Part shown: in pieces, positions 1 to 8,060 of the stretch
Numbering within the stretch: the first letter of the stretch is position 1
Layout: every line of letters begins with the position of its first letter
Assembly (NCBI GenBank): GCA_030604855.1
Contig: JAUVVC010000004.1
Location: 30,001 to 62,000, forward strand
Reading direction: 5' to 3'
Length of the DNA: 32,000 nucleotides
Source of the DNA: Erysipelotrichaceae bacterium
Lineage (GTDB): Bacteria; Bacillota_I; Bacilli_A; Erysipelotrichales; Erysipelotrichaceae
Position numbers and translations under genes: made by a program
Notes under the pieces: model-generated
What the model saw: the letters and a program-made list of their open reading frames with translations, nothing else
Databases searched by the model: none
Told to the model about the DNA's origin: nothing

Positions 1-645
1 CTTGACTTCTTCTTCCATTTGAATCGGATAACGGATATAGTCCGAATACTTCTTCACCAAACGCTTTAGCGTGTAGCTTTCTAAGTATTCCCCATACTTC
101 TCTTCCTCTTCATCCTTCTTAATATGTAAGACTACTTTGGACCCAACCGGAAGCTTTTCTTCCAACTCATCCACACGATAGCCATCTTCACCCGTGGATT
201 CAAAATGTACACTGGCGCCACCCTTGATGCTTTGGGTATAGACTTCCACTTTATCCGCAACCATGAATGCAGAGTAAAACCCCACCCCAAATTGCCCGAT
301 GATGTCGATTTCTTCTTGTTTATCTTCAATGTTTTGCTTGAAGTTATATGAACCACTCTTGGCAATGACACCGAGGTTATCTTCCACCTCTTCACGTGTC
401 ATCCCAATCCCATTGTCCGTAATGGTCAAGGTCCGTTCTTTCTCATTGACTTCAAGTCTGATCGTCAAATTGGTGCGATCCAATTGAATCGAATCGTCAC
501 TCAATGACATGAAATATGCCTTATCCAAGGCATCTGATGCGTTGGAGATCAATTCTCTTAGAAAAATTTCCTTATGCGTATAAATGGAATGAATGACCAA
601 ATCCAACAAACGTTTTGTCTCTGCTTTGTACTGTTTCTTTGCCAT
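1..645 (-). CDS. htpG: Molecular chaperone HtpG (Hsp90 family), N-terminal part; the C-terminus lies beyond the left window edge
   Basis: Reverse-strand translation from ATG (645-643) reads MAKKQYKAETKRLLDLVIHSIYTHKEIFLRELISNASDALDK...LTITDNGIGMT...IGQFGVGFYSAFMVADKV, the GHKL ATPase N-domain motifs of Hsp90. The frame is open to position 1. An AAGGAGA SD lies just upstream. It is absent from the ORF track because no stop codon falls in the window. Confidence 0.93.
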   Translation of the reverse strand, partial: MAKKQYKAETKRLLDLVIHSIYTHKEIFLRELISNASDALDKAYFMSLSDDSIQLDRTNLTIRLEVNEKERTLTITDNGIGMTREEVEDNLGVIAKSGSYNFKQNIEDKQEEIDIIGQFGVGFYSAFMVADKVEVYTQSIKGGASVHFESTGEDGYRVDELEEKLPVGSKVVLHIKKDEEEEKYGEYLESYTLKRLVKKYSDYIRYPIQMEEEVK

Positions 646-654
646 ACGTCTCCT

Positions 655-681
655 TTAGCACTTTAATGATGTGAGTGCTAA
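655..681 (-). promoter_or_regulatory. CIRCE operator (HrcA binding site) in the htpG leader
   Basis: TTAGCACTT-N9-GAGTGCTAA matches the CIRCE consensus TTAGCACTC-N9-GAGTGCTAA at 17 of 18 arm positions with the exact 9-nt spacer. It lies between the candidate promoter and the SD of htpG. Confidence 0.85.
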
Positions 682-684
682 TAT

Positions 685-713
685 ATTGTATCCTAGAGTT
701 CACTAGATTTCAA
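685..713 (-). promoter_or_regulatory. Candidate sigma-A promoter of htpG (TTGAAA-N17-TACAAT)
   Basis: On the minus strand the -35 TTGAAA is the complement of 708-713 and the -10 TACAAT is the complement of 685-690. The spacer is 17 nt. The site is directly upstream of CIRCE. Confidence 0.55.
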
Positions 714-850
714 GCACCGACAATCAAATTGTAAATATGAAGACCTGCTTGACATCATGTTGTTTTGATTTACATTAAAGGTGTAAGCACGAGGCCTATC
801 CTCGATGATATCCGATGAGGTTATCCATACTTTTAATGATATCCAGAACC

Positions 851-867
851 AATGAAAATTTTTCATT
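851..867. repeat. Perfect 8-1-8 palindrome AATGAAAA-T-TTTTCATT, a candidate regulator site upstream of the helicase gene
   Basis: All 8 arm positions pair (851/867 through 858/860). The centre at 859 is about 61 nt upstream of the start site predicted from the -10 at 908-913. Confidence 0.4.
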
Positions 868-904
868 ATTTCGTGTGATTCATTAGGCGCATCCCACACA
901 TCTG

Positions 905-913
905 TGTTATAAT
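905..913 (+). promoter_or_regulatory. Candidate extended -10 promoter (TGtTATAAT) of the DEAD-box helicase gene
   Basis: TG at 905-906, TATAAT at 908-913, 34 nt before the ATG at 947. AGGAAA SD at 938-943. An alternative upstream promoter is TTGACA (749-754)-N16-TACATT (771-776). Confidence 0.5.
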
Positions 914-946
914 GCACCGGTATGTCTGCATACAGTTAGGAAAAAT

Positions 947-2578
947 ATGAAATTTAGTGAATTAAACTTATCGTTTGAACTTAATCGAGCCATCGAAGAA
1001 CTCGGCTATACAGAGGCTACACCAGTTCAAGCACAATGCATCCCGCCAGTCTTAGAGGGCAGAGATGTCATCGGTCAAAGTCAGACCGGAACAGGCAAAA
1101 CAGCAGCCTTTGGATTACCGCTCTTAGAAAAGTTGGTCGTATTAGACAAGCGTACACCGCAGATCTTGATCATGACTCCAACCCGTGAACTTGCGTTACA
1201 GGTTAGTCAAGAATTGCGTAAGTTTGCCAAATATAAAGAAGGCGTGAAAATCGTCACAGTCTATGGGGGCGAACCCATTACTGGACAGATTCGTGACTTG
1301 AAGGGTGGCGCTGACATCATTGTTGGTACACCAGGCCGAATTCAAGATCACATCGATCGTCGCACCTTGAAGTTCCATCAACTTAAAGCCTTGGTTTTGG
1401 ATGAGGCTGATGAAATGTTGAAGATGGGCTTCAAAGAAGCCATCGAACAGATCCTTCAAGATCTCCCTGAAGAGCGACAAACACTCCTCTTCTCCGCCAC
1501 GATGCCTAAGGCCATCTTAGACATCACCAACAACTACCAAAACAACCCGGTACACATCAAAACCAAACAAAAAGAAATGACCGTCAATACCGTTGAACAA
1601 GTTGTCTACGAAGTCAACCAAGGCGAAAAGGTCAAAGTATTGGTCCAATTGATGGAGTACTACCGCCCAGAAAGCAGTATGATCTTCTGTAACACCAAGA
1701 AGATGGTCGATGACCTCAGTGGGTTGATCGCTTCCAAGGGTTACAGCACCGCTTCCATTCATGGCGACATGAAACAGGAAATGCGCTCCTTGGTCATGGC
1801 CAAGTTCAAAGACAAGAAAGTCCAACACTTGATCTGTACCGACGTCGCAGCCCGCGGAATCGACATTGATGGTCTAGACATGGTCTTCAACTTCGATGTG
1901 CCCCAAGAAACAGAATACTACGTTCACCGTATCGGTCGTACCGGCCGAGCAGGTAAGTCTGGAATTTCCGTAACCTTGGTGACACCACGTCAACGTTATG
2001 TCATCAATGAATTGGAACGTTTGACCAAAGCAACGATCGAACGTAAAGACATGCCAAGCTTGAATGACATTCAAGCGGTCCGCTTCGATCACATGACCAC
2101 GGACATCATGAAGACCTTGAAAGCCGATATCCCTGTTGAAATCAAGACATTGGTTGAAAAACTTGTGGATCAAGGTTTGAACCCCATCCAACTTTCTGAA
2201 GCTTTGCTTTATAAAGTCATTGGGGCCGATATCTTTGTGGAAGCACAGAAGCCAATCGAAAAACAACGTCGTGCTCAACGCATCAATTCATCCACGATTG
2301 AATTGGATGTAGGATTGAAACATGGCATCGCAGCCGCTCACCTTGTTTCTGCTATTGCAGAAGCTTCCGGAATCAGCGGTAAGGACATCGGAAAGATCCG
2401 TATCCAAGACCGTTACAGTCATGTGGAAGTTCCCCAAGAGTTCGTTAAAGAAATCTTGGAAGCTTTGAACCAAGGCACCATCAAGAGTTATAAAGTCAAA
2501 GCGTTTGAAATCTCCGCTCGTAACACAGCGAAGCCTAAACACAAAGACTATCCTAAGAATTTCCGTCCAAAACGCTAA
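947..2578 (+). CDS. DEAD-box ATP-dependent RNA helicase with a C-terminal DbpA-type RNA-binding domain and basic tail
   Basis: 543-aa ORF. Motif I GQSQTGTGKT, Ia PTRELA, II VLDEADEML, III SAT, VI HRIGRTGRAG. The C-terminal segment ELDVGLKHGI...IGKIRIQDRYSHVEVP resembles the DbpA RRM-like domain. Confidence 0.95.
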   Translation: MKFSELNLSFELNRAIEELGYTEATPVQAQCIPPVLEGRDVIGQSQTGTGKTAAFGLPLLEKLVVLDKRTPQILIMTPTRELALQVSQELRKFAKYKEGVKIVTVYGGEPITGQIRDLKGGADIIVGTPGRIQDHIDRRTLKFHQLKALVLDEADEMLKMGFKEAIEQILQDLPEERQTLLFSATMPKAILDITNNYQNNPVHIKTKQKEMTVNTVEQVVYEVNQGEKVKVLVQLMEYYRPESSMIFCNTKKMVDDLSGLIASKGYSTASIHGDMKQEMRSLVMAKFKDKKVQHLICTDVAARGIDIDGLDMVFNFDVPQETEYYVHRIGRTGRAGKSGISVTLVTPRQRYVINELERLTKATIERKDMPSLNDIQAVRFDHMTTDIMKTLKADIPVEIKTLVEKLVDQGLNPIQLSEALLYKVIGADIFVEAQKPIEKQRRAQRINSSTIELDVGLKHGIAAAHLVSAIAEASGISGKDIGKIRIQDRYSHVEVPQEFVKEILEALNQGTIKSYKVKAFEISARNTAKPKHKDYPKNFRPKR

Positions 2579-2588
2579 ATCTTAAATT

Positions 2589-2625
2589 AAAAAGTAGATC
2601 CTCTATTAAAGAGAATCTACTTTTT
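2589..2625. terminator. Bidirectional rho-independent terminator between convergent genes
   Basis: 16-bp stem (AAAAAGTAGATCCTCT / AGAGAATCTACTTTTT, one mismatch) with 5-nt loop ATTAA. A-run and T-run flanks let it work on both strands. The loop contains the stop codon of the minus-strand gene. Confidence 0.8.
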
Positions 2626-3250
2626 CTTTACGATCGATATATCGTTTGATCGATAACAAGGTCAGTATGGCGAAGAAGCCTGCCACAGACCACCATGGAA
2701 TGAGCACCACAACTTCACGAAGTGGTTTTTCTACTGCCAAAATTGAAATTCCAACGAAGAAGACAAGCACAGAAGAGAAGAAACGAGCACTTTCCGATCG
2801 AAAAGCATTGCGATGACCTGCGAAGCGCGTTACAGCCGAGAAGAGATAGAAGAAACCAACATACACAACAAACCATAGCTTAATGGATAAACCTTCCAAA
2901 GCAAAGGTTTCCTCTTGTCTAAACCGTACTATCTCAACGAGGATGCTTGCAATCCCCAACAACCAAGCAAAATTTATGCCCTCATCTAAACTGAGAATAC
3001 GCGGCAAACTTAATTGATCCTTCCCCAACTTAATTAGATAGGCATCACAAGTATGCTTCAAATCGATCTTATCTTCCAACTTATCCCACACATCCAAACG
3101 TTCAGATTGTTCAATCAATTCCAATTGAAAGTACATTCGTTCGTGTTTACTCAGTGCGTAAACATCCAAATACGCCATCATTTTCTGGATGGCCTTTTTG
3201 TCTTCATCTCTGAGTTCTTTTACTCTTTTATTTAGTTCTTTCTGTTTCAT
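2606..3250 (-). CDS. Hypothetical membrane protein (soluble helical N-terminal part followed by about 4 TM helices)
   Basis: 214-aa ORF. GGGGGATT SD-like sequence before the ATG. Hydrophobic segments WLLGIASILVEIV, LWFVVYVGFFYLFSAV, FFSSVLVFFVGISILAV, WWSVAGFFAILTLL. No family recognised with certainty. Confidence 0.6.
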   Translation of the reverse strand: MKQKELNKRVKELRDEDKKAIQKMMAYLDVYALSKHERMYFQLELIEQSERLDVWDKLEDKIDLKHTCDAYLIKLGKDQLSLPRILSLDEGINFAWLLGIASILVEIVRFRQEETFALEGLSIKLWFVVYVGFFYLFSAVTRFAGHRNAFRSESARFFSSVLVFFVGISILAVEKPLREVVVLIPWWSVAGFFAILTLLSIKRYIDRKEKVDSL

Positions 3251-3281
3251 AATCCCCCTTATGAAAAAAGCAACGAAGTGC

Positions 3282-3542
3282 TTATTTACGCGAACGTTCC
3301 ACTTGACGTGTCAAACTCTCATCTCCAAAAATCATGTAGGTCAATAAGGATGCGATCATCAACAATATCGGAAACTGCATCCACACCAGAAGTGCATCAA
3401 AGTTGTTTTTACCTACTTCAGGATCTACCTGTGCCGCCAATTTAACGATTTCTTGGTACTGTGCGTAATTACTCATCGAAATAAACATCAAAACTAGAAA
3501 CAATACCAACGTGATCACTAAAACGATCTTTCTTAAATTCAT
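3282..3542 (-). CDS. Small hypothetical membrane protein (2 predicted TM helices)
   Basis: 86-aa ORF co-oriented with its neighbours, starting 11 nt after the upstream gene. TM segments IVLVITLVLFLVLMFISM and FPILLMIASLLTYMIF. Confidence 0.5.
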   Translation of the reverse strand: MNLRKIVLVITLVLFLVLMFISMSNYAQYQEIVKLAAQVDPEVGKNNFDALLVWMQFPILLMIASLLTYMIFGDESLTRQVERSRK

Positions 3543-3553
3543 AGAGCTCCTTA

Positions 3554-4252
3554 TCAGTCCAGCATTTTACGCTTAATGGTATCCAAAGTTTCCATCGAGA
3601 TGTCTTTGGACAAAAAATAATCAAGAATATCCGGATATTTCGCATCGAGATACTGAAGGAATGTTACCATGGTCTCCGGCTTCGACGCAAACAAATCCGC
3701 ATAAACCTCAGACACATTACGATCCGCATCCACATATTTAGGAATGAGATAGGTAAAGGACACCTCGTAATTCGTCACGATATCCACATTCGCCACACCC
3801 ACCAACTTATATAACAAAGCCGTTATGACACCCGTGCGATCCTTGCCCGCTGAGCAATGGTATAACACAGCACCCTTATAGCTTGCGAGTGTTTCGAATA
3901 CTTGTTTGATGAATTGCGTATTCTCAGCGATTTGAATGTATAGATCGCTTAATTTGATTTGATTCAAATCTTCCAAGGTAAATTGAGCATGATCTAAAAT
4001 GGCGATGTTGTGGTAACGAACATCCTCACGATTGACAAAGGGATCTGGCTCCATATCGATTTCATTTTGATGACGAAGATCAATAATGGCTTCTAAACCC
4101 TCATTCTTCAAAAACGCGATTTCAGACTCTAAAAGACCCGTTAGATTATCTGCACGTAAGAAAACATGATTCTTAACAACTTGATGATTTTCAGTGAAAT
4201 AACCACCAATATCACGACAATTGAATACATTCTTAAAATTATAACGACGCAT
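3554..4252 (-). CDS. Protein-tyrosine phosphatase family protein (Y_phosphatase3-like)
   Basis: 232-aa ORF with the CX5R P-loop HCSAGKDRTG. The N-terminal NFRDIGG-like motif reads NCRDIGGY. Confidence 0.8.
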   Translation of the reverse strand: MRRYNFKNVFNCRDIGGYFTENHQVVKNHVFLRADNLTGLLESEIAFLKNEGLEAIIDLRHQNEIDMEPDPFVNREDVRYHNIAILDHAQFTLEDLNQIKLSDLYIQIAENTQFIKQVFETLASYKGAVLYHCSAGKDRTGVITALLYKLVGVANVDIVTNYEVSFTYLIPKYVDADRNVSEVYADLFASKPETMVTFLQYLDAKYPDILDYFLSKDISMETLDTIKRKMLD

Positions 4253-4265
4253 AGAACCTCATTTT

Positions 4266-5117
4266 CTAGAGCTTTGGTTTTCGAATCGCCTGAGAAGCTA
4301 CACAACCCAAACCCGCATTGACACCACCACTGCAAATAAGATCCGTCACATACAATTTTGTATTGGGAAAGCGCTGATTAAACATGGACGCCAATAATTC
4401 CGCATTTTCTTTATTCCACGCATGACCGATGCACATTTCATAATTCTCATCGACGCCAAACTTTTCCATTTCCTCGACGATACGTTCAAATGCTTTGTGA
4501 ATCGTTCGTTCTTTAAATAGAATATCGATCTTTCCAGCTGTTTCCTTACGAATGACCAGCACAGGTTTGATGTTCAAGAAGCCACCAATCGTTGCGGCAA
4601 GTGCCGTCGTCCGACCATTGCGTGCAAAAAGCTTCAAATCTTCTGCATAGATAAGACTGATGCTTTGATCCGCCATCTCACGTACAATCCTTAAAACATC
4701 ATCCAATGATTTTCCTTGGTCCAATAACTGACGTGCCGTCATCGCACAGACCAATTGATTATTGGCCATCGAATAACAATCCACTTCACTGAAGGGAATG
4801 TCTAAGCTTTTCGCTACAGTTGTCATCAATTCCAATGTGCCCGATAAGCCCCTTCCCAAAGGAATCCCAAGAATATGATCGTAGTCTTCTTTAAGCTGGG
4901 TAAAAAGTTCTTCGATTCGACCTAAAGATGGTTGTGCGGATTTCATGTGTTTCCCCATGAACATCATTTGATAGCATTGATCGTTGGTAATCGTCTCACC
5001 TTCTAAATAATTATTCACTCCATCGGTTATCTGCAAAGGAAGCATAAACAAACCTTCCATTTCGATACTGAGTTGTTTCATCCCACACGAGCTATCCGTC
5101 ACAACCGCAACTTTCAT
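4266..5117 (-). CDS. DegV family fatty-acid-binding protein (FakB-like)
   Basis: 283-aa ORF. N-terminal MKVAVVTDSSCG and internal SQPS, SGTLE, GGFLNIKPVL segments are typical of DegV proteins. Confidence 0.85.
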   Translation of the reverse strand: MKVAVVTDSSCGMKQLSIEMEGLFMLPLQITDGVNNYLEGETITNDQCYQMMFMGKHMKSAQPSLGRIEELFTQLKEDYDHILGIPLGRGLSGTLELMTTVAKSLDIPFSEVDCYSMANNQLVCAMTARQLLDQGKSLDDVLRIVREMADQSISLIYAEDLKLFARNGRTTALAATIGGFLNIKPVLVIRKETAGKIDILFKERTIHKAFERIVEEMEKFGVDENYEMCIGHAWNKENAELLASMFNQRFPNTKLYVTDLICSGGVNAGLGCVASQAIRKPKL

Positions 5118-5157
5118 AAAAAAACCTCTCTTGTGTTTATGTTATCACTGAGAGGTT
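5118..5157 (-). terminator. Intercistronic hairpin plus U-run between the two degV genes; the 3' arm carries the SD of the downstream degV
   Basis: Minus strand reads AACCUCUC-(19-nt loop)-GAGAGGUU followed by UUUUU and then directly the AUG at 5117. The stem is 8 bp (5123-5130 with 5150-5157). Confidence 0.55.
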
Positions 5158-5170
5158 GAATAAACAATTG

Positions 5171-6025
5171 CTAATCCTTTAAAACTGCTTGAATTCCAAA
5201 AGCACCGATACCGACATGGACCGCAATCCCCGCTGGTAACACGATGACTTCTGTTTCAATCCCAGGCATTTTCTCCTGAAGGATCTTATTAAAGACCTCG
5301 ATTCGATCTTTTGCTTCACAATCCGGGAAGTAGATTTTATGCGATTTTGCCGTCACACCATGTTTGATCATCGTATCGATGACATTGGTGAACAACTTCG
5401 CTTCAGTACGTGCCGTATCGAATTTTTCAATCGTCGAGGAGTTATAGTTGATCAGTAAGCCCAGCTTGACTTTCAATAAATTGATCAGCGCTGCGACCGC
5501 ACCTTTGACACGACCCCCACGAACCAACTGTTCAATGTTTTCCGGCAAGATGTAGGTCACACTATCTTTGAAGACACGATCCGCATAGGCCAAGATCGTT
5601 TCTACACTTTCCCCACGATCCGCCATTTCGCGCGCCTTGATGGCCACATGTCGAATCGGTGCTGCTGCAGAGCGACTGTCCACAAGATGCACATGGGTCA
5701 ATCCATGCGTATCCGCCGCCAAGCGGAAGGCTGAATAAGTCCCAGATAAATAACTTGCGATGGAGAACACCAGAATCGCATCGTAGTTTTCTGCTTTAAG
5801 ACGTTCCATCATTTCATCTAAGAAACCAATGTTGGGTTGTGATGTCTTCAAATCTTTCTTAGCTTTGATGGCTTCGACGACATCCAACGGACTGATGTTC
5901 AATAAATCCTTAAACTCCACATTATCAATGATGACAGATAAGGGTGCTATTTCGATGCCGAGTTGTTTTGCTTCATTGGGATACAAGGAAACGGATGAAT
6001 CGGTTACGATACAAATTTTTGCCAT
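5171..6025 (-). CDS. DegV family fatty-acid-binding protein (FakB-like), second paralog
   Basis: I place the start at MAKICIVTDSS (ATG 6025-6023), which is preceded by AAGGAGG. The 34 extra N-terminal codons in the track ORF (to 6127) overlap the promoter. Motifs SQPN, SGTYS, GGRV and KVKLGLL are DegV-like. Confidence 0.85.
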   Translation of the reverse strand: MAKICIVTDSSVSLYPNEAKQLGIEIAPLSVIIDNVEFKDLLNISPLDVVEAIKAKKDLKTSQPNIGFLDEMMERLKAENYDAILVFSIASYLSGTYSAFRLAADTHGLTHVHLVDSRSAAAPIRHVAIKAREMADRGESVETILAYADRVFKDSVTYILPENIEQLVRGGRVKGAVAALINLLKVKLGLLINYNSSTIEKFDTARTEAKLFTNVIDTMIKHGVTAKSHKIYFPDCEAKDRIEVFNKILQEKMPGIETEVIVLPAGIAVHVGIGAFGIQAVLKD

Positions 6026-6049
6026 ATTAACCTCCTTTAGGTTGGACAT

Positions 6050-6079
6050 ATAATAACGAAAGCTGTTCATGTTTGTCAA
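6050..6079 (-). promoter_or_regulatory. Candidate promoter of the degV operon (TTGACA-N18-TATTAT)
   Basis: On the minus strand the -35 TTGACA is the complement of 6074-6079 and the -10 TATTAT is the complement of 6050-6055. Confidence 0.4.
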
Positions 6080-6139
6080 TTGTATAACACTATGCAAAGG
6101 CACCCGTCTTCGATACAATAATAGCACGAGGTGACGACC

Positions 6140-6526
6140 ATGAGTGATCCTAAGAAAATATTAGCACAAAGCCAACACATTGCGGTGTTAGGTGTAAACA
6201 AAGACAGTGATTCGTATGCAAACAAGATCGTACGCAAGATTCGTGCGTTAAAGAAGAATGCGTATCCAATCAATCCCAATTATGCAAAGCTCTTTGATGA
6301 AGAAGTGTTTGAGTCCTTGGAGAAGTGTCCAGTGGTTCCTGATTTGGTTGTCTTTGTGGTGAATCCAACGATCGGAATAGATTATCTCCATTCGATCGCA
6401 CAGTTGGGCATCAAGTATATCTGGCTTCAACCGGGTACGATCAGTACCCATCTCTTGGAAGAGGCAAGGGATTTGGGGCTAGTACCGATTGAGGCGTGTG
6501 TCTTGGTTGTTGGTAATTATTTATAA
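6140..6526 (+). CDS. CoA-binding domain protein (YccU/YneT-like)
   Basis: The ORF track gives 6131 (GTG). The ATG at 6140 has GAGGTG 6 nt upstream. The sequence HIAVLGVNKDSDSYANKI...YPINP...VPDLVVFVVNP...GIKYIWLQPG follows the CoA_binding_2 pattern. Confidence 0.75.
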   Translation: MSDPKKILAQSQHIAVLGVNKDSDSYANKIVRKIRALKKNAYPINPNYAKLFDEEVFESLEKCPVVPDLVVFVVNPTIGIDYLHSIAQLGIKYIWLQPGTISTHLLEEARDLGLVPIEACVLVVGNYL

Positions 6527-6533
6527 GAAACAG

Positions 6534-6559
6534 AGCGATTGAAAAATCGCTTTAATTTT
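6534..6559 (+). terminator. Rho-independent terminator after the CoA-binding gene
   Basis: AGCGATT-GAAA-AATCGCT stem-loop followed by TTAATTTT. Confidence 0.8.
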
Positions 6560-6604
6560 GTCACCATACTTTCATGTGTATAAATAATGTACATATGATT
6601 TGTT

Positions 6605-6613
6605 TGATATAAT
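6605..6613 (+). promoter_or_regulatory. Candidate extended -10 promoter (TGaTATAAT) of the GH1 gene
   Basis: TGATATAAT at 6605-6613, 23 nt before the ATG at 6637. AAGGAGG SD at 6625-6631. Confidence 0.5.
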
Positions 6614-6636
6614 TAAATCATCTCAAGGAGGACAGT

Positions 6637-8016
6637 ATGGCATTACCAAAGAATTTCTTATGGGGCGCTTCCACAAGTGCTTATCAGGTTGAAGGCGCGT
6701 ACAACGAAGACGGTAAGGGTTTATCCGTTCAAGATGTTAAGGAACCTTTTCCAGGTACCCCTAATTTCAATGTATGTTCAGATCATTATCATCATTATAA
6801 AGAAGACGTCGCTTTATTCGCTGAAATGGGCTTGAAAGCTTATCGTTTCTCAATTGCTTGGACACGTATATTGCCCAATGGTTCAGGAGAAGTGAATCCT
6901 AAAGGTGTTGAATTCTACAGTAACTTAATTGATGAATGTCTAAAATATGGTATCGAACCCATCGTTACGATGTATCACTTCGATCTCCCCAACGAATTGG
7001 ACAAAGTCGGTGGATGGACAAACCCTAAAACAATGGATGCCTTTGTCGAATTCGCCACGATTCTCTTTAAAGAATATGGATCCCGTGTCAAATACTGGTT
7101 GACCATCAATGAACAGAATATGATGATTCTCTATGGACCGGTCATTGGAACCACCAAGCCTGGTCAGGAACATCTCTTGTATCAATCGAATCACTACATG
7201 CTTCTAGCTCAAGCCAAAGTCTTCAAACTCTGTCATGAGATGGTTCCGAATGCAAAAATCGGACCCGCACCGAACATCAGCGTGAATTATCCACATACCT
7301 CAAAACCAGAAGACAACTATGCGGCGATGTACATCAATGCGGTGCGCAACTGGTTGTATCTGGATATAGCGGTTTGGGGGAAATACAACCCGATCGCCAT
7401 GGATTACATCACGAAGAAAGGCTTTAAGATTGAGATCACAGATGAAGAAATGGACATCTTAAAAGCGGGTAAACCAGACTTCATTGCCTTCAACTACTAT
7501 TCCACCGCAACCTTCGAAGGTCCAGGCAGTAAAGCCGTTAAAGATCCGAATGCCGATCAGCAGATTGGAATTGCGGATGAGGCTTTCTTCACAGGTGTCA
7601 AGAATGAGTTCCTACCGTATACCGACTTTGGTTGGCAGGTGGATCCACTTGGATTCAGAACCACGATGTTGGAAATGTATGCCCGTTATCACTTGCCGCT
7701 CTTGATCACAGAGAATGGTTTAGGAGCGTATGACAAGGTGGAAGAAGATGGTTCGATCAATGATGACTATCGCATCGATTACTTGAAACAACACATTGCG
7801 GAGTTGAAACGAAGTGTTGAGTCAGGAGTTGAGGTCATGGGTTATTGTCCATGGTCCGCAATCGATTTGATCTCCACTCACCAAGGTTTCGAGAAACGTT
7901 ATGGTTTCATCTATGTCAATCGTGACAATGATGATTTGAGAGATCTCTCCCGCATGAAGAAGAAGTCGTTCTTCTGGTATAAAAATCTCATTGAAGAAAA
8001 CGCAGAAAGTTTATAG
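6637..8016 (+). CDS. Glycoside hydrolase family 1, 6-phospho-beta-glucosidase type
   Basis: 459-aa ORF. N-terminal FLWGASTSAYQVEGA, acid/base TINEQN, nucleophile ITENG. The C-terminal CPWSAIDLISTHQGFEKRYGFIYVNRD and KKKSFFWYKNLI are typical of phospho-sugar-specific GH1 enzymes. Confidence 0.9.
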   Translation: MALPKNFLWGASTSAYQVEGAYNEDGKGLSVQDVKEPFPGTPNFNVCSDHYHHYKEDVALFAEMGLKAYRFSIAWTRILPNGSGEVNPKGVEFYSNLIDECLKYGIEPIVTMYHFDLPNELDKVGGWTNPKTMDAFVEFATILFKEYGSRVKYWLTINEQNMMILYGPVIGTTKPGQEHLLYQSNHYMLLAQAKVFKLCHEMVPNAKIGPAPNISVNYPHTSKPEDNYAAMYINAVRNWLYLDIAVWGKYNPIAMDYITKKGFKIEITDEEMDILKAGKPDFIAFNYYSTATFEGPGSKAVKDPNADQQIGIADEAFFTGVKNEFLPYTDFGWQVDPLGFRTTMLEMYARYHLPLLITENGLGAYDKVEEDGSINDDYRIDYLKQHIAELKRSVESGVEVMGYCPWSAIDLISTHQGFEKRYGFIYVNRDNDDLRDLSRMKKKSFFWYKNLIEENAESL

Positions 8017-8021
8017 AAGCA

Positions 8022-8046
8022 AGCACCTTCGGGTGCTCTTCTTTTT
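8022..8046 (+). terminator. Rho-independent terminator after the GH1 gene
   Basis: AGCACC-TTCG-GGTGCT stem-loop followed by CTTCTTTTT. Confidence 0.8.
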
Positions 8047-8060
8047 AAGGAGAACGTACA

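Noticed and set aside
693-917. 74-aa ORF on the minus strand inside the htpG/helicase intergenic region
   Set aside because: It has no SD. It spans the candidate promoters and the palindrome. Its composition looks like translated AT-rich non-coding DNA, with no recognisable motif.
1196-2542. Four antisense ORFs (84-134 aa) inside the DEAD-box helicase gene. Similar antisense ORFs occur in other large genes, for example 15620-16015, 26034-26414 and 20711-21041.
   Set aside because: These are shadow ORFs opposite strongly supported coding frames. They have no SDs and no motifs.
4141-4335. 64-aa ORF bridging the phosphatase and DegV genes
   Set aside because: It overlaps two supported coding frames on the same strand, out of frame. 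It has no SD.
6026-6127. N-terminal 34-codon extension of the second DegV ORF (track start at 6127)
   Set aside because: The canonical DegV N-terminus MAKICIVTDSS follows a strong AAGGAGG. The extension overlaps the TTGACA/TATTAT promoter and the divergent gene start.
6541-6556. cre-like sequence TGAAAAATCGCTTT upstream of the GH1 gene
   Set aside because: It is the loop and 3' arm of the terminator hairpin of the preceding gene. It is offset by one base from the cre consensus TGWAANCGNTNWCA.
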